From positions 7,983 to 71,982 of IMG/VR virus record IMGVR_UViG_3300008113_000479: DNA of 64,000 nucleotides; one strand, given 5' to 3'. Each line of letters starts with the position of its first letter. The stretch's first letter is position 1. Below the pieces are notes generated by a model. That model was not told the DNA's origin and did not search any database. It was given only the letters and a program-made list of their open reading frames with translations. A program made the position numbers and the translations under genes. Shown here in pieces: positions 45,337 to 56,201 of this stretch. Source of the DNA: a virus (lineage: Duplodnaviria > Caudoviricetes).

Positions 45337-45563
45337 TTACCTATTGGGCATTTTGATTCTTCTAGTTTAGTTTTTAATTTCATAAGGCATCCACATTGTT
45401 TGCATTGTGTTGTTAATTTTATTAATTCTGGGCATGAGTAACATATTTGCATTCTATTATTTTTAATATCGTCTGTGGCAATTTTAACGTGTGGATTTAA
45501 AAGGTCTAATGGAGTTGTGCCATTTTTTTCTTTATATTGTTGCCATTTACTTTTTTCTGTCAT
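45330..45563 (-). CDS. Cys-rich small protein (DUF6171-like)
   Basis: RMQICYSC..QCKQCGC..KCPIGKW. Confidence 0.7.
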   Translation of the reverse strand: MTEKSKWQQYKEKNGTTPLDLLNPHVKIATDDIKNNRMQICYSCPELIKLTTQCKQCGCLMKLKTKLEESKCPIGKW

Positions 45564-45943
45564 TCATATTCTCCTGGAATTATGAACTGCCCATCTACGT
45601 ACAGCCAGCCAGCCTCTGCCAACTCGGCATGTCTTTGGACTGCTTTGTCAACATATATAAATTGAGGGTTAGACAAAAAAGCTGCCTGAGTCATTTCATT
45701 ACACAAAATTTGATCTGCTGTTCCGTTATATGTAAATGATAAACAAAATAAGCCATTTATCATACCACACTCAGAAAAACCTGTTCCATTAATAATTTTT
45801 TCTGCAATTTCTTCTTTTACCCCGATAAAAAAAGCTATTTCTCCATCAAGGATTATAGCAATTTGTTTTGCCAATTCACCTAGTTCTATTTTAACTTGTT
45901 TTACTCCTGGAATAAACCAGTCTTCTTGTTGTAAATTAATCAT
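45560..45943 (-). CDS. fibre-associated/assembly protein
   Basis: Follows the fibre gene; C-terminal GWLYVDGQF. Confidence 0.55.
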   Translation of the reverse strand: MINLQQEDWFIPGVKQVKIELGELAKQIAIILDGEIAFFIGVKEEIAEKIINGTGFSECGMINGLFCLSFTYNGTADQILCNEMTQAAFLSNPQFIYVDKAVQRHAELAEAGWLYVDGQFIIPGEYE

Positions 45944-46140
45944 ATATAAATTATACCTTTTCTAATAAATTTTGTAAATAGTATATTTATCATGAATATT
46001 GAGCACAACATATTGCCCTGGATCCGTCTGAGTTATTATACGCATCACATGCTCCTGGTGAAAAACATGTATAATAATTATTACTTGCAGGGTTTGTTAC
46101 ATCGTAACTCTTACATGTATATCTATATTCTATACATACC

Positions 46141-46236
46141 GATGGAGTAACGGCTGGAGTAACGGCTGGAGTAACCGCTGGAGTAACGGCTGGAGTAACG
46201 GCTGGAGTAACGGCTGGAGTAACTGCTGGAGTGACT
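46141..46236 (-). repeat. 12-bp tandem repeat, 8 copies, encoding VTPA
   Basis: (GCTGGAGTAACG)n on the plus strand. Confidence 0.95.
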
Positions 46237-46548
46237 GATGCAGAAATTGGTGGTGTATATGATATTGAACTTGAAGCAGAACCTCCTGTTTGATTTGCTC
46301 CATTATATACTGTTAATGAAATAGAAACTTCAGCTCCCGAATAAACCTGAAACGATGATCCCGAATCAGATACAGAAGAACTAGTTTCAGTAGTTCCATA
46401 GTCTAAATAATTAGCAACAAATGGTTGCAATACATTTAAGAAATATGACGCTTGACTTGTAGAAGACCAACTTACTGATACTGTTACTAATTGTGTAGAT
46501 GATGTCGTAGGTGCTGATGCAGTTAGTGACGTAATTGTAGGAGGTGAA

Positions 46549-46608
46549 ACTGGTGATACCGCTGGAGTGACCGCTGGGGTAACCGCTGGGGTAACGGCTG
46601 GAGTAACT
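46549..46608 (-). repeat. 12-bp tandem repeat, 4-5 copies, encoding VTPA/VSP
   Basis: TVTPAVTPAVTPAVTPAVSPVSPP. Confidence 0.9.
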
Positions 46609-48153
46609 GTACCTCCTTCTGGTACACAGATTGTAGAGCTAAAGTTAACTGCTACTCCGCCTACCGTTGCAGATATATAAGCATAATGAGTAAATGAAGT
46701 ATTTACTCCAGTCCATTCATAACCCTGATCAAGTAACGGAACTGTATTGGAGCTAAATGCGCTTCCATCACACCGATACAATCTAATTGTTGCATTTGTT
46801 GAATTAGTTAATACTGCTGTGCTTCCAGTACTAGAGCTCCAGGATCCTCTTGTGCCGTCCGAAGATACCGCTCTAACCCAATAATAACGTGTTATAGGGT
46901 TGTTAGTTAAAAGACCGTTAGTGTCTGTTAGGCTTGTAGTATTTGATGTGTAAGAAGCAATTCCTGTGTTTGAGTCTGTAGTATTATATGATATTTCATA
47001 AAATGAAGCATCTGATGCAGCCGACCAGGTTAGATAATAATTAGCATCTGCGCCCCAAGTCCATCTTTGTATTTTATAACTTGTGGAAATTGCTTCAAGG
47101 CTAGTACTTATTCTTTGATTTGAATAGTCTTTTGTATGACTTAAATTTTGTGGAGTTCCTGGTGTTATTGTTGCCGTTAGAGTTTGTGCAGTTGTGGATT
47201 CAAAACCAGAAAATCCAAAATAGTTATCAGCACCAACCCATAAATAATAAAGTGTATTTTGAAGTAATCCAGTAACTTCTGTGCTAGTTGAACTGTATCC
47301 TCCTGAAGGGTAATTGCCTCCATCTGGAGGAGCGTTGCTTGTAGTAATTGCCCAAATGTATCCTGTTGGTACCCCGCCAATTGGGTTAGCCTGCCAACTA
47401 AATGTTAAACTATTTGTTGTAATATTACTTACAGATAAGTTAATTGGTTTTCCTGGTTTATTAGAAGTTAATGTAGTTCCACTTATTTGATTTGAAAAGT
47501 TACCATAATATCCATTTGCAGATGTTCCTGTCCACTGAAGTATTCTAAAATCATATTGTATTGTATTACTTGAGATCCAGAATGTTGTGATGGGGTCCAT
47601 GTAAAACTTATTGAATAGTTATCCGTGACTGCATTATACTCACTTTGACTATATGTTAAGTTAGTAATATCTCTTGGCATTTCAAATGTTATTGGGTCAG
47701 AATCTGAGGTTGTTGAATTATTGTTTGATGATGTTGCTGTAACTGAAAATCTAAATTGATTTTGTTTATTTGGGTACATATTAGACTGAGGTACGTCGTA
47801 CGTTTTAGTATTTACTGATCCAACAGATGGATTTGTAATGTTACCTGAATCCATTTCAGGAACAACCCATGTTGTAAAATCTAAATTATATTTTTGAAAT
47901 AAATAAATTCCACTATTAAAATTTGTCCAATTATAGTTTCTACCAGTTAATCTTATAGTGCCATTTGCATTAGTTGTTTTGATAATTTCAACCTGTTCAG
48001 AAATTACTGGAACTAGCCCAGCTGACCAAAATGATTTCCATGATCCAGATACATTTATAAATCCATTTATAATTTTTTTCCATGAACCATTTAAATTGAT
48101 ATATCCATCAATTATTGTTTTCCATGAACCACCCTTATTAATAAATTGAGGCA

Positions 48154-50049
48154 TTATGGATTGTATACTAACATGATAAGGCCTTCTTGATTAGCAGGCC
48201 AGGATTGATTAATTGTTGATGCTCCTCCAAAAACTGAATTTGATATAGCTGCAATTGGTCTTAGCGATTGTGCATTTATTACACTGTCCGCAACATTGGT
48301 TTTACCTGTAGTTAATTCTGTGTAACCGTCACTTCCACTTATAGTAAGACCATCAAATTGATCACTTAATTGAATGTTAAGGTATCCACCTGTGCCATAT
48401 TTCCAAAGTCCAATTTTTGGAGAAGATCCATTGATAAATGTGGATGACGGTGCCCCTCCAGTTGAAATAAGAAGCCCGTTGTGTGAGTCTAGTGGTGATA
48501 TATGTGCTATTGCTTGTGAGTCAGAGTCATAAAAAGAAATAGCATTTGTTGAAGAATCTAACACTGTTCTTCTTCCGCTGGCAGAAGATGAAGATGTTAC
48601 CGTAGATCCGAATATACTAGATCCAACAATATCTCCTGATAGGGTTAAAGCCCCATTAGATGTTGTTAAAGTAAATTTACCACTAGGAGATCCCGATCCG
48701 TTATAGTGTGCAATTTGAGAAGGAGTAAATCTTATATGACTTGAATCTGGACTTCCTAAATACATAGCGGAGTCATTACTATTTATCTGAAATGTGCCAG
48801 TAGTATTCTGTAAATAGCTTCCTGATATTTGCCATCCACCAATTGTTCCAGATTGTGCTTTCAATGTACCGTTTCTAGATACACTAAATGGGGCTAATCC
48901 AAATGTTTCATTTCCTAAATATATTCCGCTTGAATCTGATTTAAATATTGAAGTCCCTGATCCTGCTGAAAGATCTCCAGTAAATATTCCTCCTCCATTA
49001 ACTGTTAAGCTTGGGGTTGGGCTTGAAATAAATTTTAATAACTCTTGTCCGCCAGTTCCATATATTACAAATGGTGTTGTAGATCCTGATAATTCTACTC
49101 TTGCTCCGCCACTAATTCCAGCAAGTATTTGTGCATCTGCTGAAAGGAATCCTGTTTTAATTTCGCTTGCTGCTACCTTATCAACTGTAATATTTGTTGG
49201 GCTAGAAGAAACTGCTGTTGATGTTTCAACTGGTGGTACTGCAGCATTTACAGTTTTAATCTTAACGTAATATGGCACACCATATTCTAATTTTGTCCCA
49301 AGCGATTTATCAATTACAGTTCCAACTCCAATTGATACTTGATTAGTTCCGTTTGCAAAGTTTAATGAATGAACCCAATTATTATCACTTGTAACAAACT
49401 CAGCCGAGGTTCCTACATAAACCTTAGCGCTTGCAAAAGCCCCTTCAGAAAAATTGCTGGCAACGCCATCGACTAATTTTTTACCATTCCAAGAAACAAT
49501 AATTGATGCTAGCCCTGCAGTTAATGTTGGAACATCTGGGTTTTCTGGACTAATTATTGTCTGTCCAGCATCAGCCACAGTTACTGTTCTTGAAGTGCTT
49601 ACAGGAGACGTACTTCCATAATTAGTTACTGCATACAAGGCAACTATGTATTGTCCTGCTGGTGCGGCAATTGTTTGTGTTCCTGAAGTTTTAAAGCTAC
49701 CAGCTGGTTTTAATCCATTAAATGGAGAACCATCTATATATATATCAACTCTATCTATGTTTGTTATTGGTTTCCCAGAACTATCATTTCCATTCCAAGT
49801 AACTTTAATAAACCCTTTATCTCCAACAACATCAGAAACTCCAAGATTTGGTCTGCCTGGCACAATTTCTCCAGTTGTTGTTATTATTTTAGTAGCACCC
49901 CATAGCCCATATGTGCCATCTTTATATTTCCATCTAAATTGAATTGGATATGTTGTATTTAAATTTAGATCTGCGACTGTTACTATAAAATAGTTGCCGT
50001 CTTCAACAGCAACCGATGTGTCTTTTAGCAGATCTTGATATGCTGACAT
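48154..50049 (-). CDS. tail tip / central fibre protein with FN3-like domains
   Basis: IKVTWNG, IIVSWNG, YYVKIKTVN, APFSVSRNG..GTIGGW. Confidence 0.75.
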   Translation of the reverse strand: MSAYQDLLKDTSVAVEDGNYFIVTVADLNLNTTYPIQFRWKYKDGTYGLWGATKIITTTGEIVPGRPNLGVSDVVGDKGFIKVTWNGNDSSGKPITNIDRVDIYIDGSPFNGLKPAGSFKTSGTQTIAAPAGQYIVALYAVTNYGSTSPVSTSRTVTVADAGQTIISPENPDVPTLTAGLASIIVSWNGKKLVDGVASNFSEGAFASAKVYVGTSAEFVTSDNNWVHSLNFANGTNQVSIGVGTVIDKSLGTKLEYGVPYYVKIKTVNAAVPPVETSTAVSSSPTNITVDKVAASEIKTGFLSADAQILAGISGGARVELSGSTTPFVIYGTGGQELLKFISSPTPSLTVNGGGIFTGDLSAGSGTSIFKSDSSGIYLGNETFGLAPFSVSRNGTLKAQSGTIGGWQISGSYLQNTTGTFQINSNDSAMYLGSPDSSHIRFTPSQIAHYNGSGSPSGKFTLTTSNGALTLSGDIVGSSIFGSTVTSSSSASGRRTVLDSSTNAISFYDSDSQAIAHISPLDSHNGLLISTGGAPSSTFINGSSPKIGLWKYGTGGYLNIQLSDQFDGLTISGSDGYTELTTGKTNVADSVINAQSLRPIAAISNSVFGGASTINQSWPANQEGLIMLVYNP

Positions 50050-50050
50050 T

Positions 50051-51178
50051 TTAGTTCCAGTCTAGGTCTAATTTATATTCTATATCCAAAGACCTACCAG
50101 CAATTTTTTTAATGCCATAAAAAGATCCAGCACCAGATACTGTTCCAGTATTATTTTTTGAAAGTGTTACTGTATTATTTGAAATATCAGTTATTAGAGA
50201 ACCAGACGCTATTCCAGTTCCAACAACTGGTTGACCTACAAACAGATTATTTATTGATCCAACTGTTATTGTATTTTGTCCCGATGTTCCAGATATTGAT
50301 GTTGTATTGTTTACAACAGATCTACTGATTAATCCAAAAAATGGATCAAATGTATCTTCATCATTAATTCTTAATCCATCAAAGCCAACATATGTAGTAT
50401 TGCTTCCAGATGGTGTAATTGTTATTCCAATTTTATTAATTAATTTTTTGTCTGGGGAAACAGCACTTGTTCCAGCATATACTAATGACATTAATATATC
50501 ATTTGTAATTGCATGTCCTAACTCTTGAGATGGCATTATTTCATATTCAAAATATTGAGTATCTGAGCTATACAATTTAATTTTAATAGATTCCAGTTCT
50601 TGATCTAATTTATTATATGCTAATCTTAAAGTGTCGTTTACGCTGTATCCAGATAAATCAATTGGTGTAATGTTATAAAAATATTCATTAGCATCTGGCC
50701 CGTCTGACTGCATTACTACTAAATTGTTACCAATTCTTGGATTGTTAGTAGAATAGTCTGCTTTAAATAAATCTTCATCTGTCCAGTCTAAGTAGCTAGA
50801 AAAATCTGTTAAAAATTTACTATCATAATTATTAATTGAAGTTCTGTCCGATGGGTAGAGTCCTATCTCATTAATATGTCCCTCTACATCTTGCGGTATT
50901 GATGTTTTAAAAATTGCAGAATATGTTGATGTACCGTCAACTGTCTGTATGTCAGATGATCCAAAAAATACTGGTACTCTATAAAACTCAAAACCTAATC
51001 TTGTGTCATTTTCTGCGGCAGTAGTGTAGTCTATTCCTATTGCTATGTCTTTTTTTAAATTAGATACGTTTCCAGCTATTGTATTTGTTAAAAATCTTTT
51101 TCCAAATTTTGTAATAACATTTGAAGAACGGGCAATTTCTTTTCCGTCTTGATAATATATATATGTTCCTTTAATCAT
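50051..51178 (-). CDS. minor tail/baseplate protein
   Basis: NVITKFGKR..IAIG..DTRLGFEFYR..INEIGL. Confidence 0.7.
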   Translation of the reverse strand: MIKGTYIYYQDGKEIARSSNVITKFGKRFLTNTIAGNVSNLKKDIAIGIDYTTAAENDTRLGFEFYRVPVFFGSSDIQTVDGTSTYSAIFKTSIPQDVEGHINEIGLYPSDRTSINNYDSKFLTDFSSYLDWTDEDLFKADYSTNNPRIGNNLVVMQSDGPDANEYFYNITPIDLSGYSVNDTLRLAYNKLDQELESIKIKLYSSDTQYFEYEIMPSQELGHAITNDILMSLVYAGTSAVSPDKKLINKIGITITPSGSNTTYVGFDGLRINDEDTFDPFFGLISRSVVNNTTSISGTSGQNTITVGSINNLFVGQPVVGTGIASGSLITDISNNTVTLSKNNTGTVSGAGSFYGIKKIAGRSLDIEYKLDLDWN

Positions 51179-51185
51179 TTTTCTC

Positions 51186-51986
51186 CTAAATTGGTGTAGA
51201 GTATGAAGATGAATACTCTATTCCATTTGTTCCTGTTACTACAGTTTTTACTCTAAGCCATCTAAATGAAGATGTTGCTGCTGTATCTCCATCCCTTGAA
51301 CTTACTCTATAAGTTTTCATTACTCCGCTACTACCAATACCATTTGAAGCAGATGTGGAATAAACTTCTGACCCGCTGTTTAATGCCGTGGCGGTAGACG
51401 AACTTGATGAGCTTATTATCCAATCATATCTTACACTTGAATATGACCCAAGTCCAGAAACGTTATTCCATCCCCAAAAAATTTCTGTGCTGTCTCTCTT
51501 AAAATAAACAGCAGGAACTCCAGGAGTTGGAGTAATAAATTGTACGGATGTAGATGTTTTGCTTGCAACCTGAACAATTGTGGTGGGATTAAATATTCTA
51601 GCGTCTACTCCGTCTACATTAATTTTATTTTGACTTGAATTTCTAATTTTTAATATAGCCCTTACTTTTTGTACCTTTGTTGCAATGTCATAGTATGGCT
51701 CATAAGTTATACTTTCTATATCCGATAACTCTGGAATATCTAATAGATCTTCTAGACTTGGCAGATTAGTATTAACTTCCCCATCTTCATTTACATATAA
51801 TCCGCTACCAGATCCCGCCGAATATAGACTGGCAGATAAATATTTAGAATAATCTATTGAGCCACCTTTTAATATTAAATATGTTCCTGGGAAAGAAACT
51901 ATGGTTTCTGGACTTCCCTCAGTTAAAACAAAAACTTGTCCTCTATTAAGGTCGCTTAAACTTAATCTTTTATTTGGATTATTCAT
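51186..51986 (-). CDS. minor tail protein
   Basis: Position in the tail module; Ser/Thr-rich Ig-like C-terminus. Confidence 0.6.
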   Translation of the reverse strand: MNNPNKRLSLSDLNRGQVFVLTEGSPETIVSFPGTYLILKGGSIDYSKYLSASLYSAGSGSGLYVNEDGEVNTNLPSLEDLLDIPELSDIESITYEPYYDIATKVQKVRAILKIRNSSQNKINVDGVDARIFNPTTIVQVASKTSTSVQFITPTPGVPAVYFKRDSTEIFWGWNNVSGLGSYSSVRYDWIISSSSSSTATALNSGSEVYSTSASNGIGSSGVMKTYRVSSRDGDTAATSSFRWLRVKTVVTGTNGIEYSSSYSTPI

Positions 51987-52011
51987 ATATTTTTATTATA
52001 CCATTTTAAAA

Positions 52012-53709
52012 CTATAAAGTTCTACAGGTAATTGATGTCTCCAATCCTTCAGAAAATGATTGTTTTACTTCAGTTACAATAAAGTTTTCTGTCCCTGCAA
52101 GACCTTGATATGTATGCTTTATTGAAATAATATCTCCTACAGAAATAAGAGGATTTCCAAAAATTGTCATATTTACAATTTTACCTTTATTTACTATATT
52201 AGATTTAATCCAAGTAGCAAGAGATTTGACATCCGACTCATTCTGTAGCCAACTAGAAATAAATATTGCTGGCTCTTTATTTACGTAGTCATTTAATTCA
52301 TCAGTAGAATACTCTAGGTCTCCTGAATTTCCTAAGCTATTTCCTAATAATAAAAATGATGCTTCTGCTCCATTTGATAATGGAATTGTTTGAGATGTAT
52401 TATTCATGACAAAAACTTGTGATCCAAAATTAGAAATTTTTTCCCCAAGTATTTTTGCAAAAGGATTTATACCAGTGCTCCACATTACTGGGTATGCTGG
52501 CCTTTTATTAAACGTTACATCTTTTTTAATAATTTCTCTTACTACTGTTCCAAATTCATCTATTGCTATTTCTTTTTTATTATTCATAGATATTTCATCT
52601 GCTTGATAATTTGCCATATAGATTAAATCTCCATATGATGCATTTATTAAATCATTATTAAATTGACCTTGATACATATTTAACTCTGAAAGTCTGTCGT
52701 TGTATTGATTTTCTGTTATTGAATATCCATATCCATAATCAAAAGCTACTTCTCCTCTAGTACACGCTAAACCTATTTTTTTGGTGGGAGGCAAAATTGT
52801 TGATTTAATTTGAACTTTATTATTAATTTTATAAGTAGTATCTACTGCTGTTATTCCGTAACCATTTATAAAGGCATTAATAATAACTGTTTGATTATCT
52901 ATTTTAACCTTAACATCAATATTGTATGTTCTTCCTCCAAATATTCCTTCTATATTAGACTCAGTTCTTGTTCCAACTTCTTTAAGTGGTATCTTATTGC
53001 TGCCTACCCATTTTTCAATTCTTACTGATTTTTTATCTAATATTGCTGATGCTGAGGCAGTTGATTCCATTACAATATAGTACCCACTTGTTCCTGTCTC
53101 ATTTAAAAAGAATCCTATACCGCCAGCATGCAATGTATTTTCTAAAGTATCTTTCATTATTAAACTTGTTCCAAAAGAAAAGTATCCAGTGTTATATGAA
53201 TTTCCATTTGTTTGCGATACAGTTTTAGTAGTTGGTATTGTTATAGAATCAAAATTTCTATAAAAAACTGCAGACTGTTTATTCTTATATTGTGCAGCAG
53301 TTACTGCTAACTGCAGATATGATTTACTAACTTTAAAATCTTGTCTTGTTGAAGAAACTGTTTGCCCACCATAACTAGATATAGTGCTAAACTTTTTTGT
53401 CCAACGAGGTCTCATTGGGGCAAATACTCCATTTAAAGTTGGTATTACAACAGCCTCATACGAAGTTCCACTTTTTAAACCACTTACTGTAATTGATGTA
53501 GTTAGTGTTGGTGGATTTGGACTAACATTAAAATCTTGAATGATAACTTGCCCGCTATCTAATATTTCATTTATTACAACATTATAATTAGTAGGAGCAT
53601 CATATCCATCATATGTGTCTACAACTATTATTGCTCCATTTTCACTAGGATTTACAACTAAATCTTTAATGATTGTAAATGTACTCATCCTATTAAAACT
53701 CCCGTCCAA
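52012..53709 (-). CDS. minor tail protein (hub C-terminal part; start likely MSTFTII)
   Basis: FN3 SGLKSGTSYE; C-terminal GNPLISVGDII. Confidence 0.7.
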   Translation of the reverse strand: MDGSFNRMSTFTIIKDLVVNPSENGAIIVVDTYDGYDAPTNYNVVINEILDSGQVIIQDFNVSPNPPTLTTSITVSGLKSGTSYEAVVIPTLNGVFAPMRPRWTKKFSTISSYGGQTVSSTRQDFKVSKSYLQLAVTAAQYKNKQSAVFYRNFDSITIPTTKTVSQTNGNSYNTGYFSFGTSLIMKDTLENTLHAGGIGFFLNETGTSGYYIVMESTASASAILDKKSVRIEKWVGSNKIPLKEVGTRTESNIEGIFGGRTYNIDVKVKIDNQTVIINAFINGYGITAVDTTYKINNKVQIKSTILPPTKKIGLACTRGEVAFDYGYGYSITENQYNDRLSELNMYQGQFNNDLINASYGDLIYMANYQADEISMNNKKEIAIDEFGTVVREIIKKDVTFNKRPAYPVMWSTGINPFAKILGEKISNFGSQVFVMNNTSQTIPLSNGAEASFLLLGNSLGNSGDLEYSTDELNDYVNKEPAIFISSWLQNESDVKSLATWIKSNIVNKGKIVNMTIFGNPLISVGDIISIKHTYQGLAGTENFIVTEVKQSFSEGLETSITCRTL

Positions 53710-55727
53710 GCATACTGTGAGGACGGTGCACCGCTATAATTATGAGCAGCAGCGGTAGTTCCTAAAGCACCTCTTGTTTTAATTCTGTATCTACCATTTG
53801 GCTTTATATTTATTTGAAGAGTTGTACCAGTTGGCGGTTTAGACAAGGCAGTATATTTGCTCAAATCTGCAGAAGACTCTATCCATATATTTATTGGATT
53901 AGTACCATTATTCAAAACAGTTCCGTTAATTGCATCTGTAACAGTATTGTTTGTTGTTTCTGCTGGTATGTATTGATACCCCATTGCATCGTATTCAATA
54001 ATTTCTGAATCCACCAAAAAATACCCTTCAAAATTAAATCCAGATATTAATTTGTTATATACACTAGGTCCAGATAAATCAATTGCAATATTATTATTTC
54101 CAGAAACTCCTAATGATTCTGTAAGTCCGCCAGCCACTATAAATGATTGAGAAGACTGCCACAATGGATCTGAGGACTGTAGGTATTCGCTGGTTGTTGG
54201 TGTACTCCACCTTACTTTTACTTGATTGGCAGACGGCATTTCTTTTTTAGAAAATTCAATAATATTTGGTAAAGCGCTTCCCTCTACTTCTTGATAAAAG
54301 TTCCAATCTTTTGTTGTTCGTGAATACATATAATTTCTACTATAAAATTGAAGTATATCATTTTCATCAATAATTGCATTCATTTGAATATCTCTACATA
54401 ATTCTTGTAGGTATTCCCAAACAGTTTTAGAACCATCTGTCCAAAAATAATTAATTAATGGAACAGAAGAATCCGAGTTAGATGATAAATTAAATTTATA
54501 ATTAGTGTATCCTACTGAATCTAGCAATCTTCTAATAATTGCAGTTACTGGATATGCTTCACATAGTATATCTGGGCACACCACTTCCATTAAATATTTT
54601 GCTGAATCGAGGGCGCTGAGTGATACTTCTCCGTAACTAGAAATGTTCCATTCATTTATATAAAAATATCCCTGATTAACTTTATCATATTTACTTGATC
54701 CTTCTGATATTAAACCATCCTGATGATATATTTTAAAAAATGGAATTACTTTTGCATTTTTTGTCATATAGGTTAATGAAGAGTTTAAAGCAATATTTCT
54801 ATTGTATGAAACATATTGAAGTGTGCTTTGGTTATATTTAACTAAATTTAAATTAATACTATTTGCTGTTATTTTACCTATTGGCAACAACTCTTCTGAG
54901 CTAGATGACGATTCTTTACTTATATCAAATGAAACTACGTCTGAGGAAATATCTTTTATCCATCTTGCAGAAATTTCAGTTACACCAATTATTCTATTTG
55001 TACCAGCACTTGGAGTAGTAACCGTTATTGATTTAATTGATATTGGATCTGAAAATGATTGTGGTTCTGAGGGTGCTGACGTAGACCATGATGTTCCATT
55101 GTAATATAATTCAATAAGTCCACTTAATGGTGTTGCTAAGGCATTTGCAATAGTTTCTTCTGTATTATTTGATTTTGTAATTTTAACTGTATAGGTTCCT
55201 GGAAGACTGTGTGTGCTTTCAAATTTTAAAACTATTTTATTAGTTAATGCATATTGAGTTAAATTTGTTAAATAGTTAACAGTAATATTTACTCCAGTGT
55301 CTTTAGGTGTTACCCAGTATTTATAATATGTGTTTGCCCCTGGATAATATATTCTTGGTTGTGTCTCTGGATATAAAACTGATCTATAGTTAGAAAAAGT
55401 ATTTTTTTGTGTTTCGGTTGGTCCACCATTTGCAACTGGTTTTTCTAAAATAAAATATTTAATTCCAGAGGCTAATGGTCTAAATGGCTTAATAATTGAA
55501 TCTACTGGAAATAGTTTTTTATATGGATTTGGTCTGCCATTTGGCCAAGTTGGCTGCCCAATTATATCTACAATTTGTGATGTATACGATGTATCCGTTA
55601 TATTAGTAGATGCCGATACTCCGTCTAGCATTGTGTTCATGTTGTACTCAATATAACAACCAGAGTTAATTTTAATATTTGTATTGTTATATAATAAAGT
55701 TTTTAAATTTGCAGGTGCTGATATCAT
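53685..55727 (-). CDS. minor tail protein (hub-like)
   Basis: TVWEYLQELCRDIQMNAIIDENDILQF; downstream of the distal tail protein. Confidence 0.7.
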   Translation of the reverse strand: MISAPANLKTLLYNNTNIKINSGCYIEYNMNTMLDGVSASTNITDTSYTSQIVDIIGQPTWPNGRPNPYKKLFPVDSIIKPFRPLASGIKYFILEKPVANGGPTETQKNTFSNYRSVLYPETQPRIYYPGANTYYKYWVTPKDTGVNITVNYLTNLTQYALTNKIVLKFESTHSLPGTYTVKITKSNNTEETIANALATPLSGLIELYYNGTSWSTSAPSEPQSFSDPISIKSITVTTPSAGTNRIIGVTEISARWIKDISSDVVSFDISKESSSSSEELLPIGKITANSINLNLVKYNQSTLQYVSYNRNIALNSSLTYMTKNAKVIPFFKIYHQDGLISEGSSKYDKVNQGYFYINEWNISSYGEVSLSALDSAKYLMEVVCPDILCEAYPVTAIIRRLLDSVGYTNYKFNLSSNSDSSVPLINYFWTDGSKTVWEYLQELCRDIQMNAIIDENDILQFYSRNYMYSRTTKDWNFYQEVEGSALPNIIEFSKKEMPSANQVKVRWSTPTTSEYLQSSDPLWQSSQSFIVAGGLTESLGVSGNNNIAIDLSGPSVYNKLISGFNFEGYFLVDSEIIEYDAMGYQYIPAETTNNTVTDAINGTVLNNGTNPINIWIESSADLSKYTALSKPPTGTTLQINIKPNGRYRIKTRGALGTTAAAHNYSGAPSSQYAWTGVLIG

Positions 55728-56201
55728 TTATACCTCTACCAGGGTTAACGATACACTCCAAAATGGCTGAAGTCCTCTTTTTAATACAGAGAAATTGCAA
55801 TCTCCAAAGACAACCGTATACTCTTCATATCCAGAAGATTCTTGACTTGAACCATTTTTTGCTAAATTAACTCTTATATTAAAAGAAGATTGTCCTTCTG
55901 CACTATTATAAAATGATCTTAAGTCTTCTGCTCCCCATGCTCCATCTACAGTTAATGTTCTATATGAGGGAAGCATGTCCCAAGATAAAGAAAATGTTTT
56001 TTTATCTGCAATAAAATATTTTCTTAATGATCCGTTAGACATTCTAGTGCTTTTTTCAATTCTTTCATTGCTAATATCAAATGCAGATCTGTTATGTTCT
56101 GTAACTTTATTATATTTAAATGTGCCATTTCCACCATTAAGGGATAAGTCATATGCTCTTATTTGTAATATAGATCCTCTTGGCATTGATACTGTACTCA
56201 T
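55728..56201 (-). CDS. distal tail protein-like
   Basis: RMSNGSLRKY, FSLSW, VSLTLVEV; directly after the tape measure. Confidence 0.7.
   Translation of the reverse strand: MSTVSMPRGSILQIRAYDLSLNGGNGTFKYNKVTEHNRSAFDISNERIEKSTRMSNGSLRKYFIADKKTFSLSWDMLPSYRTLTVDGAWGAEDLRSFYNSAEGQSSFNIRVNLAKNGSSQESSGYEEYTVVFGDCNFSVLKRGLQPFWSVSLTLVEV

Larger units (their letters stand above)
45990..48154 (-). pseudogene. tail fibre / receptor-binding protein with FN3 domains and VTPA repeats, frameshifted at about 47555-47566
   Basis: N-terminal triple (F/Y)IN..GSWK repeats; frame changes at ATACAATACAATA; FN3-like domains; six-Cys C-terminus. Confidence 0.75.

Noticed and set aside
46141-46236. Tandem repeats as a CRISPR array or DGR variable region
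   Set aside because: No spacers; the repeats are in-frame coding units; no reverse transcriptase or template repeat seen in the window.
52012-55727. Two hub-like ORFs as one frameshifted gene
   Set aside because: The junction is a normal ATGA stop/start overlap at about 53685-53688.
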